DNA from: a virus
DNA: 64,000 bases
Virus record (IMG/VR): IMGVR_UViG_3300002835_000024
Strand: one strand, 5' to 3'
The position numbers were made by a program, and so were the translations under genes. Below, piece by piece: positions 55,678 through 64,000 of this stretch; within the stretch, counting starts at the first letter, position 1, and every line of letters begins with the position of its first letter. The notes under the pieces were generated by a model. That model made no database searches. It was not told where the DNA came from and was given only the letters and a program-made list of their open reading frames with translations.

Positions 55678-57951
55678 ATGATTAAAAAGGCTTTATTACT
55701 AGCCACAGCTAGTATGGCTATTGCGCCTGCAATTTATGCGCAACAACATGATGTTGTTATTATTACTGCCACTAAGACTGAAACTGATCTGCAAGATACG
55801 CCTATTTCAGTAGCTGTGCTTGACGACGAACAACTGGTAAAAAGAAATGCAGGAAGCTTGCTTGATCTTTCTGATGGATCAGTTCCAAGTCTAAGAATCG
55901 CAACTTTCGAATCCAGACAGTCTGCACTTACAGTAGGCATGAGAGGAATTGTGCCAGGAGACGCTAACCAGCCAGCTAGGGAACAAGGTGTTGGTGTTTA
56001 CCTTGACGGAGTTTACATGGGCAGACAGCATGGTCTAAATGCTGGGTTTCTCGACATTGAGCGTGTTGAAGTTCTTCGTGGTCCACAGGGTACGCTGTTT
56101 GGACGAAATACCGAAGGTGGGGCTGTGAACATCATCAGTAAATCTCCAACAGGAGTTTTTGGAGGATCTTTCAGCGCTGGAGTTGGTAATTACGGAATTT
56201 ATTCTGGCAACTTCCGTCTTAATTTGCCGGAGTTTGCTGGTGTTTCTGTAAAGATGGATGCGGGAATTCAACATCAAGACGCGACCACAAAAAACCCAAC
56301 CCAAAATCAATATGGATGGAATTATCATCACAGGTATGGCGGAAGAATAGCAGCAAGGTGGGAACCTACGGATACTTTCCGTGCTGATATTGCTGTTGAT
56401 TCCAGCAGAGATCAAAACACCCCCTATTTCAGCCAATTGATTAACTATAATCCTCTGAACAGACCTGTCGCGACACTTTCTCAAATTGCTGCAGCTGGCA
56501 ATAAAATACCTTCCGGATATGTCGCGCCTCTTCCTAGCGTTGTTGTGGTGCAACCCGATCGTGCCAAATCTGCCGCAGTTGGAGTTCCTCAAGAACCAAG
56601 TATCGGCAAATCTTCAGGTATCACTTCAACCCTAACTTGGGACATCAATGATGATCTTGAGTTTAAATCTATTACAGCAAGGCGTGAAGTGTCAGATCGC
56701 CAGTTTGATAATTCAGGTTCAGCTAATCGCACACCTGTTTTTGTCCCTAACGCCACATTCAGTAGATATTCAATCGCTAAATTGAATCAAGAACAGTTTT
56801 CACAAGAGTTCCAGCTTATTGGTTCAATGGACAATTTAACCTATGTTGTTGGCGCTTATTATTTTACGGAAACTGCTGATGATGAAGCAAGAACTCCCAA
56901 TACTAATAAATGGAATGCCTTTGGCACAGCCTACACCTTTGTTGATCCCAGCACATATTCGCTAACGCCAATTGCTCGCGCTTCACAAGCAGAAGCTGAT
57001 AGCTACGCTCTCTATGGCCAGGCCACATATACGGTAAATGATGATTGGCATTTTACCCTTGGTGGTAGAGTTACAGAAGATAAGAAAAATGGTAAACTGT
57101 TCACGGTGAATGGCGCAAGCACTAATCTAACCTTCAGACAAGAGAACAGACGATTTGATCCGCTTGCTACGCTTGTTTACGATTTCAATGATGATATCAA
57201 TGTTTATGCAAAATATACAACAGGATATCGTGCTGGCGGAGCCAGTTCTCGGTCACTGATTTATCGTTCTTTTGGACCTGAATCTGTGAAGTCATATGAA
57301 ATTGGATCCAAGATGGATCTATTTGATAACACCAGACTAAATGTTGCTGCTTATACCATGGACAGAAAAGACAGTCAGGTTGATTTCAATTTCTTTGTCC
57401 CCCAACCAAACGGTACCGTCCGCAATACCCTCGAAACAGTGAATGCGGAAGGCACCACAAAAATCAAGGGGCTTGAAGTAGATCTAACTGTAGAACCAAT
57501 TGATGATCTTAAGATGGCTGTTTCATATGCATATACGGACACTCTGATGCCACTCGCCCGTAATACTGTGCAAGAGCAACTTAATGCATTGCTGACTCCA
57601 CCTAATCTGTCTCCGGTATTCCAGAAAGTGTTCATCACATATACCCCAGAACATGCTTTGTCAGCATCTGTTGATTATGACATTGTTGATTGGAGTTTTC
57701 ATATTGATGGAAACTATTCATCACCCCAATACACTTTTGACAACGAAGATGTTCAAAATGAAGAAAGCTTTGTTGTCAACACTCGTGTAAGTAAAGAATT
57801 TGAAAACTTTACAGTTTCAATTTGGAGTCGTAATCTTTTTGATACGTCTTACATTTATAGACGTTCAAATGCCAACGGAACAGTGTTGGGCGATTATGCA
57901 AACTTTAATGAGCCTAGAACGTTTGGTATCGACTTCACAACAAATTTCTAG
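55678..57951 (+). CDS. TonB-dependent outer-membrane receptor
   Basis: Signal peptide, VVIITATK TonB-box region, GVYLDGVY, IERVEVLRGPQGTLFGRN, terminal PRTFG...F. Confidence 0.95.
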   Translation: MIKKALLLATASMAIAPAIYAQQHDVVIITATKTETDLQDTPISVAVLDDEQLVKRNAGSLLDLSDGSVPSLRIATFESRQSALTVGMRGIVPGDANQPAREQGVGVYLDGVYMGRQHGLNAGFLDIERVEVLRGPQGTLFGRNTEGGAVNIISKSPTGVFGGSFSAGVGNYGIYSGNFRLNLPEFAGVSVKMDAGIQHQDATTKNPTQNQYGWNYHHRYGGRIAARWEPTDTFRADIAVDSSRDQNTPYFSQLINYNPLNRPVATLSQIAAAGNKIPSGYVAPLPSVVVVQPDRAKSAAVGVPQEPSIGKSSGITSTLTWDINDDLEFKSITARREVSDRQFDNSGSANRTPVFVPNATFSRYSIAKLNQEQFSQEFQLIGSMDNLTYVVGAYYFTETADDEARTPNTNKWNAFGTAYTFVDPSTYSLTPIARASQAEADSYALYGQATYTVNDDWHFTLGGRVTEDKKNGKLFTVNGASTNLTFRQENRRFDPLATLVYDFNDDINVYAKYTTGYRAGGASSRSLIYRSFGPESVKSYEIGSKMDLFDNTRLNVAAYTMDRKDSQVDFNFFVPQPNGTVRNTLETVNAEGTTKIKGLEVDLTVEPIDDLKMAVSYAYTDTLMPLARNTVQEQLNALLTPPNLSPVFQKVFITYTPEHALSASVDYDIVDWSFHIDGNYSSPQYTFDNEDVQNEESFVVNTRVSKEFENFTVSIWSRNLFDTSYIYRRSNANGTVLGDYANFNEPRTFGIDFTTNF

Positions 57952-57960
57952 GGCATTATT

Positions 57961-58215
57961 ATGTCAAAAAAAGTAGAAAAGATAAAAATTGAATTGGGTA
58001 TAAATCCCGATGACGTTTTTGCAAACATTGAGCGTATTGTGAACACCTGTAATACCACATATTCTGATGCAATCATACATTATTGCCAACAAAGTAATAA
58101 CGAGATAGAAACTATCGCCGATCTCGTGAAGAGCAATCCTAAACTGAAACACGCTCTTCAATTAGAATATGAGGCACTCAATATGCTCCCCAAAACATCA
58201 AGGTTGCCAATTTGA
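57961..58215 (+). CDS. 33: Late transcription coactivator (gp33-like)
   Basis: DAIIHYC...IET...L..EYEALNML..TSRLPI; precedes gp59 and gp32. Confidence 0.85.
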   Translation: MSKKVEKIKIELGINPDDVFANIERIVNTCNTTYSDAIIHYCQQSNNEIETIADLVKSNPKLKHALQLEYEALNMLPKTSRLPI

Positions 58216-58790
58216 TTTCACCGTTTGATGCGTATCAAAAGTTCTTATCAATCAAACAACATTTCAACTCTGATTCCTACGATTATCTAAAATATCAAGG
58301 GAAATTGAAACTGGATCTCACAAAGTTTCAAACAAGAAAGGATAGATTCTTTTTTGAGAAACTCGCTAAGAAGAAAGATATTGAAGGTTATATTATTGCC
58401 AATCTGATCAATAGTGATATTTCTTGGATCGGAGATCTTTTCTCTGATAAAGCAGAAAAGAATTACACTGATTGGCTCAAGAGAAAAGAATCTCTCACAT
58501 ACAATTTTAAAAATGAAATAGGGCATTTGCTCGAAGATTTCGACAAAAACTTTATTGTGGAAGATGGACAACATCCATATTTGTTAAAGCTTTTACGACA
58601 GGGCAAAGTTTCTCTAGAAACAGTAATCATCCTGAATGATATAATTGGTTTCATCGGTCATTGGAAAAAGAACATAAAAGATAATGTTGTTTGGCCAATT
58701 TTTTTAAGAAAATGCTTGAAATATAGACCCTTTCTAAGTTATGATAGGGCTAAGTTTAAGAAGATATTGAAGGAAAAATTCGTCAAATAA
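58212..58790 (+). CDS. 59: Helicase loader (gp59-like)
   Basis: KQHF...YDYLKYQGK, RKDRFFFEKL, GQHP.LL, SLET. Confidence 0.9.
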   Translation: MISPFDAYQKFLSIKQHFNSDSYDYLKYQGKLKLDLTKFQTRKDRFFFEKLAKKKDIEGYIIANLINSDISWIGDLFSDKAEKNYTDWLKRKESLTYNFKNEIGHLLEDFDKNFIVEDGQHPYLLKLLRQGKVSLETVIILNDIIGFIGHWKKNIKDNVVWPIFLRKCLKYRPFLSYDRAKFKKILKEKFVK

Positions 58791-58857
58791 ATATTTCATT
58801 ATAGTACTATAATACCAAAACAAAACAACATACATCGTAATACAAGGATATACAAAA

Positions 58858-59766
58858 ATGAATTTCAACGATCTTAAAAAACAGAAAACGTCAAACTTCG
58901 AGAAGCTCACCAAAGCCGTGAGTTCTCTGAATAAAACCTCCGAAGGAAATGATAAAGATACCACTTTCTGGACACCTACAGTGGACAAAGCTGGTAATGG
59001 TTATGCGATCATTCGGTTTCTTCCTGCGCCCAATGGCGAGGATCTTCCCTTTGTTCGAATCTGGGATCACGGATTCCAAGGTCCAGGCGGATGGTATATT
59101 GAGAAGTCTTTGACGACACTCGGCAAACCCGATCCTGTTTCTGAATACAATTCCAAACTCTGGAACTCTTCCGCAAGCGACGACAGTCCTGAGCGCAAAC
59201 AGGCCCGCAAACAAAAGCGTCGTCTGAGCTACGTCTCCAACATCTACGTTGTCAGCGATCCTGGTAACAAAGAGAACGAGGGTAAAGTTTTCCGCTACAA
59301 GTACGGCAAGAAAATCTTTGAGAAGATCAATGATATGATGCATCCTGTCCATCCGGACGAAGAAGCTATGAATCCTTTTGACTTCTGGGAAGGTGCCAAT
59401 TTCAAACTCAAGATCCGTCAGGTTGATGGATATCGCAACTATGACAAGTCCGAGTTTGAGAAAGCGGCTCCTCTTTCTGATGATGATTCAGAGCTCGAGG
59501 AAATCTGGACTAAACAGCATTCTCTCAATCAGCTGATCGCTGAGAGTGAATTCAAGACCTACGATCAATTGAAAGCTCGTCTTTCTCTTGTTCTGGGAGA
59601 TGTTCCTCGGAACTCGAACCGTGATGAAGACGAAGAAGCTCCTCCACCACAGAAAGCTTCTGCTGCTCCTAAACGAGCAGCTGCTCCCGCTAAGAGGGAA
59701 GTGGTTGATGATGACGATGAGGACACTCTAGAATTCTTTAAGCGAATTGCTGAGGAAGATGAATAG
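58858..59766 (+). CDS. 32: Single-stranded DNA-binding protein (gp32-like)
   Basis: DKAGNGYAIIRFLP, HGFQGPGGWYIE, PFDFWEGANFKLK, acidic tail. Confidence 0.97.
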   Translation: MNFNDLKKQKTSNFEKLTKAVSSLNKTSEGNDKDTTFWTPTVDKAGNGYAIIRFLPAPNGEDLPFVRIWDHGFQGPGGWYIEKSLTTLGKPDPVSEYNSKLWNSSASDDSPERKQARKQKRRLSYVSNIYVVSDPGNKENEGKVFRYKYGKKIFEKINDMMHPVHPDEEAMNPFDFWEGANFKLKIRQVDGYRNYDKSEFEKAAPLSDDDSELEEIWTKQHSLNQLIAESEFKTYDQLKARLSLVLGDVPRNSNRDEDEEAPPPQKASAAPKRAAAPAKREVVDDDDEDTLEFFKRIAEEDE

Positions 59767-59769
59767 ATT

Positions 59770-59797
59770 AAAGAGGGGCTTCGGCCCCTCTTTTTTT
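59770..59797. terminator. Terminator between convergent operons
   Basis: AAAGAGGGGC-TTCG-GCCCCTCTTTTTTT. Confidence 0.9.
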
Positions 59798-61553
59798 ATA
59801 CTGACAAGTATCTATTGCTCTCAAATTGAGAAACCGCTTTGGGTGTGAATTTTGGAGGATCAATTGGCGGAATATAGGCTATTTGTTTTTGCGATTTTTG
59901 GGCAGATCCCATTGTATTGTTAATTACCGTTGGGGCTGAAGCAGGAGCAGGTTTTGGTGCAGCTGCCGCCAAAGCCATTCTTTCTACGTCTGAAATTGGT
60001 TTTGGTGTAGCGAGAACGACATTTGGTGTGCCAGCAGAAACATCCATCATTTTCGAAAATGTTGCCAGATCTGTTAAAGCTTTATTTCCAGAACGATCTC
60101 CTTCATAAAAAGATTTACCTGTTCTTGGATCTGGCAAGGCTGCCCATATTTTAGAAAGATCAATCATTGCAGCTTGTTTTGCTGATTGATCACCGCCTAA
60201 GAATTTTTGTACGTTAGACATCTTAGATATTTGATACTGAAAGAATTTATCCTGCATACCCTCATCAAATTTTTCTTTGCCAGTTATCATTCCCATTTTT
60301 TTCATCTCGTCAGAAAGCATCTTAAGGGTGCTTGGAATAAATTGGAATTTTCCAACAGCATCCCATCCGGATGTTTTTTGATTTTGCATAACCTGATCAA
60401 TAGACAATTTCGAAACTTCAACCCCATATACAGCCCTTCCACCCTTTCGGAAAACGTCTGGGTTATTTCCAGATTCTATTCTTCCAATTAAATCTTTCAA
60501 AGAAGAAGCGTCTTTTGAAGATTGGATAATTCCAATATTAGAAGAAAGTCCCGCTCCTGATGAGCCAAGTCTTTTCTTCATCTCATCTGCAGCGTCTTTT
60601 CCTATCTTTTTTCCATCTGTTTCTTCATTAAATTTTCCCGCCATGGCATCACCCAAAGCTTCTCCAGCGTCTTCTAGAAGAAACGAGCCAGCAATACCAC
60701 CTATTAATCCTCCAAAAAATGCTCCTACTGGTCCACCAACTAGACCTAATTGCGCGCCAGCAGCTGCTCCAGCCATGCCGCCGCCAACGTTTCCTGCAAG
60801 ACCTCCCCAGAAACCCTCATCACTTTTTGCTTTATAAAGACCATCGCCCAAAACATCTGAACCAGCAACAGCACCAATTCCAGCACTCACTATTTTTCTT
60901 TTACCACCAAGTGCGTATCCTATCGCACCGCCAATTCCAGCACCAGCCACATTTGGTGTATTGTTACCACCTGAAGATTTTAATAAATCTCCTCCTGGTT
61001 TTAAGAAATCTAAGATTGGCCCAAGATTAGAAACTATCGCAAGCCCAATCGATTGAGCTAACATTTCTCCAATACCGAAACCAGCTTTCTCGGCGTTGTC
61101 GGCCATAGCTTCAATTTTTCCGCCAAGACCAGCTATTTTTTGGTTGTCTCCACCCTCTGCCGCCTTTTCTCTGGCCGCTAAATTCATTGCCTGAGAAACA
61201 TATAAGCTTCTTTTTAGCGTTTCGTCGATTGAAGAAAGCAATGAAATAGTTTGATCGCAGCAGCAACAATTGTCTTTAATTGATGTTGGCCCAGTAACTC
61301 TTGTATTGGTGGAAGTGGGTGCAAAAATAGAGCTAATTCTTGGATAGGATGTTTGTTGTTGCTGTGGAGATGCAGTTTGTCTAGATGATCCAGATCCTCC
61401 AAGCTTTCCGCCCAAGAGACCTGATCCCAAACCTGCCAATAATCCACCGCCAACCGCAAGAGTTCCCTTTCCAATTGTTCTTGCAGCTCCACCTACAGCC
61501 TTTCCAGCTGTTGAAAAACCTCTACCTAATAAAGAGCCTAAAGCTATAGCCAT
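59796..61553 (-). CDS. Baseplate hub / tape-measure-like protein with lysozyme-like domain
   Basis: Gly/Ala-rich repeats; IGRIESG...AVGKFQFIPSTL...WAALP. Confidence 0.7.
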   Translation of the reverse strand: MAIALGSLLGRGFSTAGKAVGGAARTIGKGTLAVGGGLLAGLGSGLLGGKLGGSGSSRQTASPQQQQTSYPRISSIFAPTSTNTRVTGPTSIKDNCCCCDQTISLLSSIDETLKRSLYVSQAMNLAAREKAAEGGDNQKIAGLGGKIEAMADNAEKAGFGIGEMLAQSIGLAIVSNLGPILDFLKPGGDLLKSSGGNNTPNVAGAGIGGAIGYALGGKRKIVSAGIGAVAGSDVLGDGLYKAKSDEGFWGGLAGNVGGGMAGAAAGAQLGLVGGPVGAFFGGLIGGIAGSFLLEDAGEALGDAMAGKFNEETDGKKIGKDAADEMKKRLGSSGAGLSSNIGIIQSSKDASSLKDLIGRIESGNNPDVFRKGGRAVYGVEVSKLSIDQVMQNQKTSGWDAVGKFQFIPSTLKMLSDEMKKMGMITGKEKFDEGMQDKFFQYQISKMSNVQKFLGGDQSAKQAAMIDLSKIWAALPDPRTGKSFYEGDRSGNKALTDLATFSKMMDVSAGTPNVVLATPKPISDVERMALAAAAPKPAPASAPTVINNTMGSAQKSQKQIAYIPPIDPPKFTPKAVSQFESNRYLSV

Positions 61554-61708
61554 CAGCTATTTCCTTGCTGTTGATCAACCTTTTTCAAATACTCCAACAA
61601 CATATCAACATAAATATCTCTTTCAAATGGAATCATACCTTCTATTTCTGTTAAAGAGTATTTATGATGCTGGACTAAAGCGAAATTGGTTTTGTAGTAA
61701 TTTAGCAA
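61553..61708 (-). CDS. gp51-like hub assembly C-terminal ORF (probable frameshift extension)
   Basis: LLNYYKTNFALVQHHKYSLTEIEGMIPFERDIYV; TGATG coupling to the next gene. Confidence 0.8.
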   Translation of the reverse strand: MLNYYKTNFALVQHHKYSLTEIEGMIPFERDIYVDMLLEYLKKVDQQQGNS

Positions 61709-61719
61709 ATCGCCATAGC

Positions 61720-62436
61720 CTAAAGCAACGTAAAAAAATCTTCTAACGTGGACAACACAAATTTCTTTTCGTTCCCCAAAGAGTTTTTATATTTTATAAT
61801 ATACTCCATCTTGGGAGCAGAATCGAAAAACGTTTTAATCTTTTCAAAGTTTTTAGGAGAGAATCCTTCAATAAAATCGCTTATTTCTTCTTCAGAATAA
61901 GATTTAGGATCATATACCTCTTCTTCATCGTAGATTGACTTGATGCACTGTTTTAAATAAAAAATCAAAAGGTCGTACTCATTATTGATGTTTTCTTGAA
62001 AGTTCTCAATAATCTTAAAAGTTGGGTATTCTAAGATAATCCCAACCTTTTCTGATATCTTGATATCATTAACAGGTTTTTTCTTTGGTTTGATAATCTT
62101 GACTTCTGAAACATCAATTTGGAATTTATAAGGTTTTTCATCTTCATCATCAATCAGTTGAAAATCAATAATGTTGTTTACTGATACGCCTCTTAGTTGA
62201 AGAAATACGTATTCTGCATCTGATATGCTCATCTCATCAACATTAAAAGTGTCATCAACACAACAATTGTTGATTACCTGTCTGATCGCCTTTGCAATTT
62301 CCTTTCGGCTTTTAGATTGTTGTGCCGTGAATAGAATTTTTTCTTCTTTAACCAGAAATGGTCTGAAGTTTACCTTTTTCCCAGAAGAAGGTATTTCAAA
62401 ATCAAATATGGGTTGCGATATTTTTGGTAGTGACAT
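61720..62436 (-). CDS. Baseplate hub assembly protein (gp26/gp51-like)
   Basis: MSLPKI..P, FRPFLVKEEKIL, FLQLRG.SV, LEDFF. Confidence 0.88.
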   Translation of the reverse strand: MSLPKISQPIFDFEIPSSGKKVNFRPFLVKEEKILFTAQQSKSRKEIAKAIRQVINNCCVDDTFNVDEMSISDAEYVFLQLRGVSVNNIIDFQLIDDEDEKPYKFQIDVSEVKIIKPKKKPVNDIKISEKVGIILEYPTFKIIENFQENINNEYDLLIFYLKQCIKSIYDEEEVYDPKSYSEEEISDFIEGFSPKNFEKIKTFFDSAPKMEYIIKYKNSLGNEKKFVLSTLEDFFTLL

Positions 62437-62457
62437 AATGACAATCCTTTTATATGG

Positions 62458-63237
62458 TTACACTTCATTTCTATTTAAAATTACATCCGGATTAAATCTT
62501 GAAACTGGATCCAAGTTTAATATACTTTTTGCTTCTCTGGATTCAACACTTTCGGTTTGTGATCCTTTATCATAAAACTCTTTGGTAGAATGAACAAATT
62601 GCATAGATATTGATAATCTAATAAGATCATTTTGGGCTGGCCAACTGACGTCATATTCTGAAATTGTCAGGGGGAAACATTCAAAGGCTTTAGTTTCGAA
62701 AACCAACTCATTAGATTCGTTATAAACAAATATCGACAGAACTGGACAAATATATTCGCTTTTGTAGTTAACCAGATATGCGTTTTTCTGAGGCTGTTCA
62801 TATATGGGTTTGTCTATGTTATGGTCGACCATTAAATTCGCCCAATCATTAAAAAATTTAATGATTTTTGCGGAACGATCTACAAGAAAAACCATCCTCA
62901 TTGGGTTGAATGATGGTAGATATGGTTTCTTCTCTATTTGTCCATATCCATATCTTTTCAAATCTTGGGTGAAAAAGTTTTGGCCAGGAACTGTAACTGT
63001 CTCACATCTCAGAGTCATGAAATGTGTATTGTTTTGATAGAGCGAAGCAAACTCCCCTTCTCTGAACGCTTTCGGTAGAGAAATAACACAGATAAACTTA
63101 TTGTTTTGCAAAACTCCATTTTTATTAATTTCGGATCTAAACTCAGATATGTCGAATCTTCTTTTAGACTGCACAACAACTCTATCCCCCGTATCAACGG
63201 CTGGAGTTTGTTGTTCTGGTTGTGTATCTTCTGACAT
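62458..63237 (-). CDS. Tail tube / tube-initiator-like protein
   Basis: CETVTVPG, FFNDW, ECFP; synteny between gp2 and hub gene. Confidence 0.7.
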   Translation of the reverse strand: MSEDTQPEQQTPAVDTGDRVVVQSKRRFDISEFRSEINKNGVLQNNKFICVISLPKAFREGEFASLYQNNTHFMTLRCETVTVPGQNFFTQDLKRYGYGQIEKKPYLPSFNPMRMVFLVDRSAKIIKFFNDWANLMVDHNIDKPIYEQPQKNAYLVNYKSEYICPVLSIFVYNESNELVFETKAFECFPLTISEYDVSWPAQNDLIRLSISMQFVHSTKEFYDKGSQTESVESREAKSILNLDPVSRFNPDVILNRNEV

Positions 63238-63840
63238 TTATTTCTGTGTCCTTAATTTTCTGCGACTGTCAGCCCAAACATTTTGTTTGCTGCTCTTGAC
63301 GAATCTCTCTAGTGGTAAGAACAATGCGATATCCCACTCCTCTGGTTTGACGTACATGAATTTAGACTTTACGTGGCCGTTCAAGTATCTCTTCACACAT
63401 GGTTTAAAAAATCTTAATTTTGCGGCTCTTTGTAATAAAGAATAATTCATTTTTAATTTAGTGGTTTCGTCATATTTGCTATTATTTGCATATTCATATA
63501 AACCGTCCATTAATTTGGCTCTGAGCTCATAGGGAAGATAATGCAAATTGATACCATAAAACCCATCGACGGTTTTCTTAAAAGGAAAGATCATAGGAAA
63601 GACATCATAATATGGCAATTTCTCAGCTGTTTTGGGATCGTAGAAAAACATATACATGCTTCCTATAATAGGAGTAGAAACCAATCTGTTTCTATCTGCT
63701 TTGAAGAAACTCAGCTCGTTTATGTTTCGAATTTTCTTGGCTGTTTCCCTGTACCAAGCTCGAGCTTGCTGTGTTCTGGCAGGAAATTGGCCAGAAGTAA
63801 GTCCTCTTCTGATAATTTCCTCAAAAATAGTTGTTGCCAT
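63238..63840 (-). CDS. 2: DNA end protector (gp2-like)
   Basis: YDPKT..KLPYYD.FP, GINLHYLP, PCVKRYL. Confidence 0.93.
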   Translation of the reverse strand: MATTIFEEIIRRGLTSGQFPARTQQARAWYRETAKKIRNINELSFFKADRNRLVSTPIIGSMYMFFYDPKTAEKLPYYDVFPMIFPFKKTVDGFYGINLHYLPYELRAKLMDGLYEYANNSKYDETTKLKMNYSLLQRAAKLRFFKPCVKRYLNGHVKSKFMYVKPEEWDIALFLPLERFVKSSKQNVWADSRRKLRTQK

Positions 63841-63855
63841 ACTGCTCCTCGCGCA

Positions 63856-64000
63856 TTAGAACTTTATATTTAGTTGTTTCTCTCCAATCACCAAAAACTT
63901 CCAGCCTTTTATCTCACAGTATTTTTTGGCAGCTTTCCACTTAGCTTCGTTTATCCCCCAAGTGAAAACCTCTTTGATATAAGCTCTTGTTGCAGTTTTG
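63856..64000 (-). CDS. 4: Head completion protein gp4-like (partial, C-terminus)
   Basis: Reverse strand reads EVFTWGINEAKWKAAKKYCEIKGWKFLVIGEKQL. Confidence 0.85.
   Translation of the reverse strand, partial: KTATRAYIKEVFTWGINEAKWKAAKKYCEIKGWKFLVIGEKQLNIKF

Overview
A 64-kb segment of a large T4-like (Tevenvirinae-related) myophage, probably infecting an alphaproteobacterium. The host inference rests on a circularly permuted two-piece tmRNA with an ANDN...LAA tag and an alpha-type TonB-dependent receptor. Core genes present: gp43 polymerase, UvsX, gp41 helicase, gp61 primase, ThyA, class II NrdJ, RNase H, PhoH, gp33, gp59, gp32, and on the minus strand gp4, gp2, a tail-tube-like gene, hub chaperone and a tape-measure/hub-like gene. 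There are many TATAAATA late promoters, six complete tRNAs and several metabolic genes (HisC-family aminotransferase, GuaC, SpeD, two deaminases). The most striking unexplained structure is an early region (16.5-22.5 kb). There, ten copies of a ~40-nt covarying hairpin each head a small gene or gene group, behind a duplicated promoter/leader with a palindromic operator and an rrn-boxA-like sequence. Other notable items: two single genes bracketed by 36-40 bp direct repeats, a GIY-YIG gene between an orphan tRNA 5' half and a complete CAT tRNA, a probable -1 frameshift in the hub chaperone, two candidate late ncRNAs, and a set of proteins carrying T4-type capsid-targeting N-termini. All calls come from reading the sequence and recalled motifs; no database search was run.
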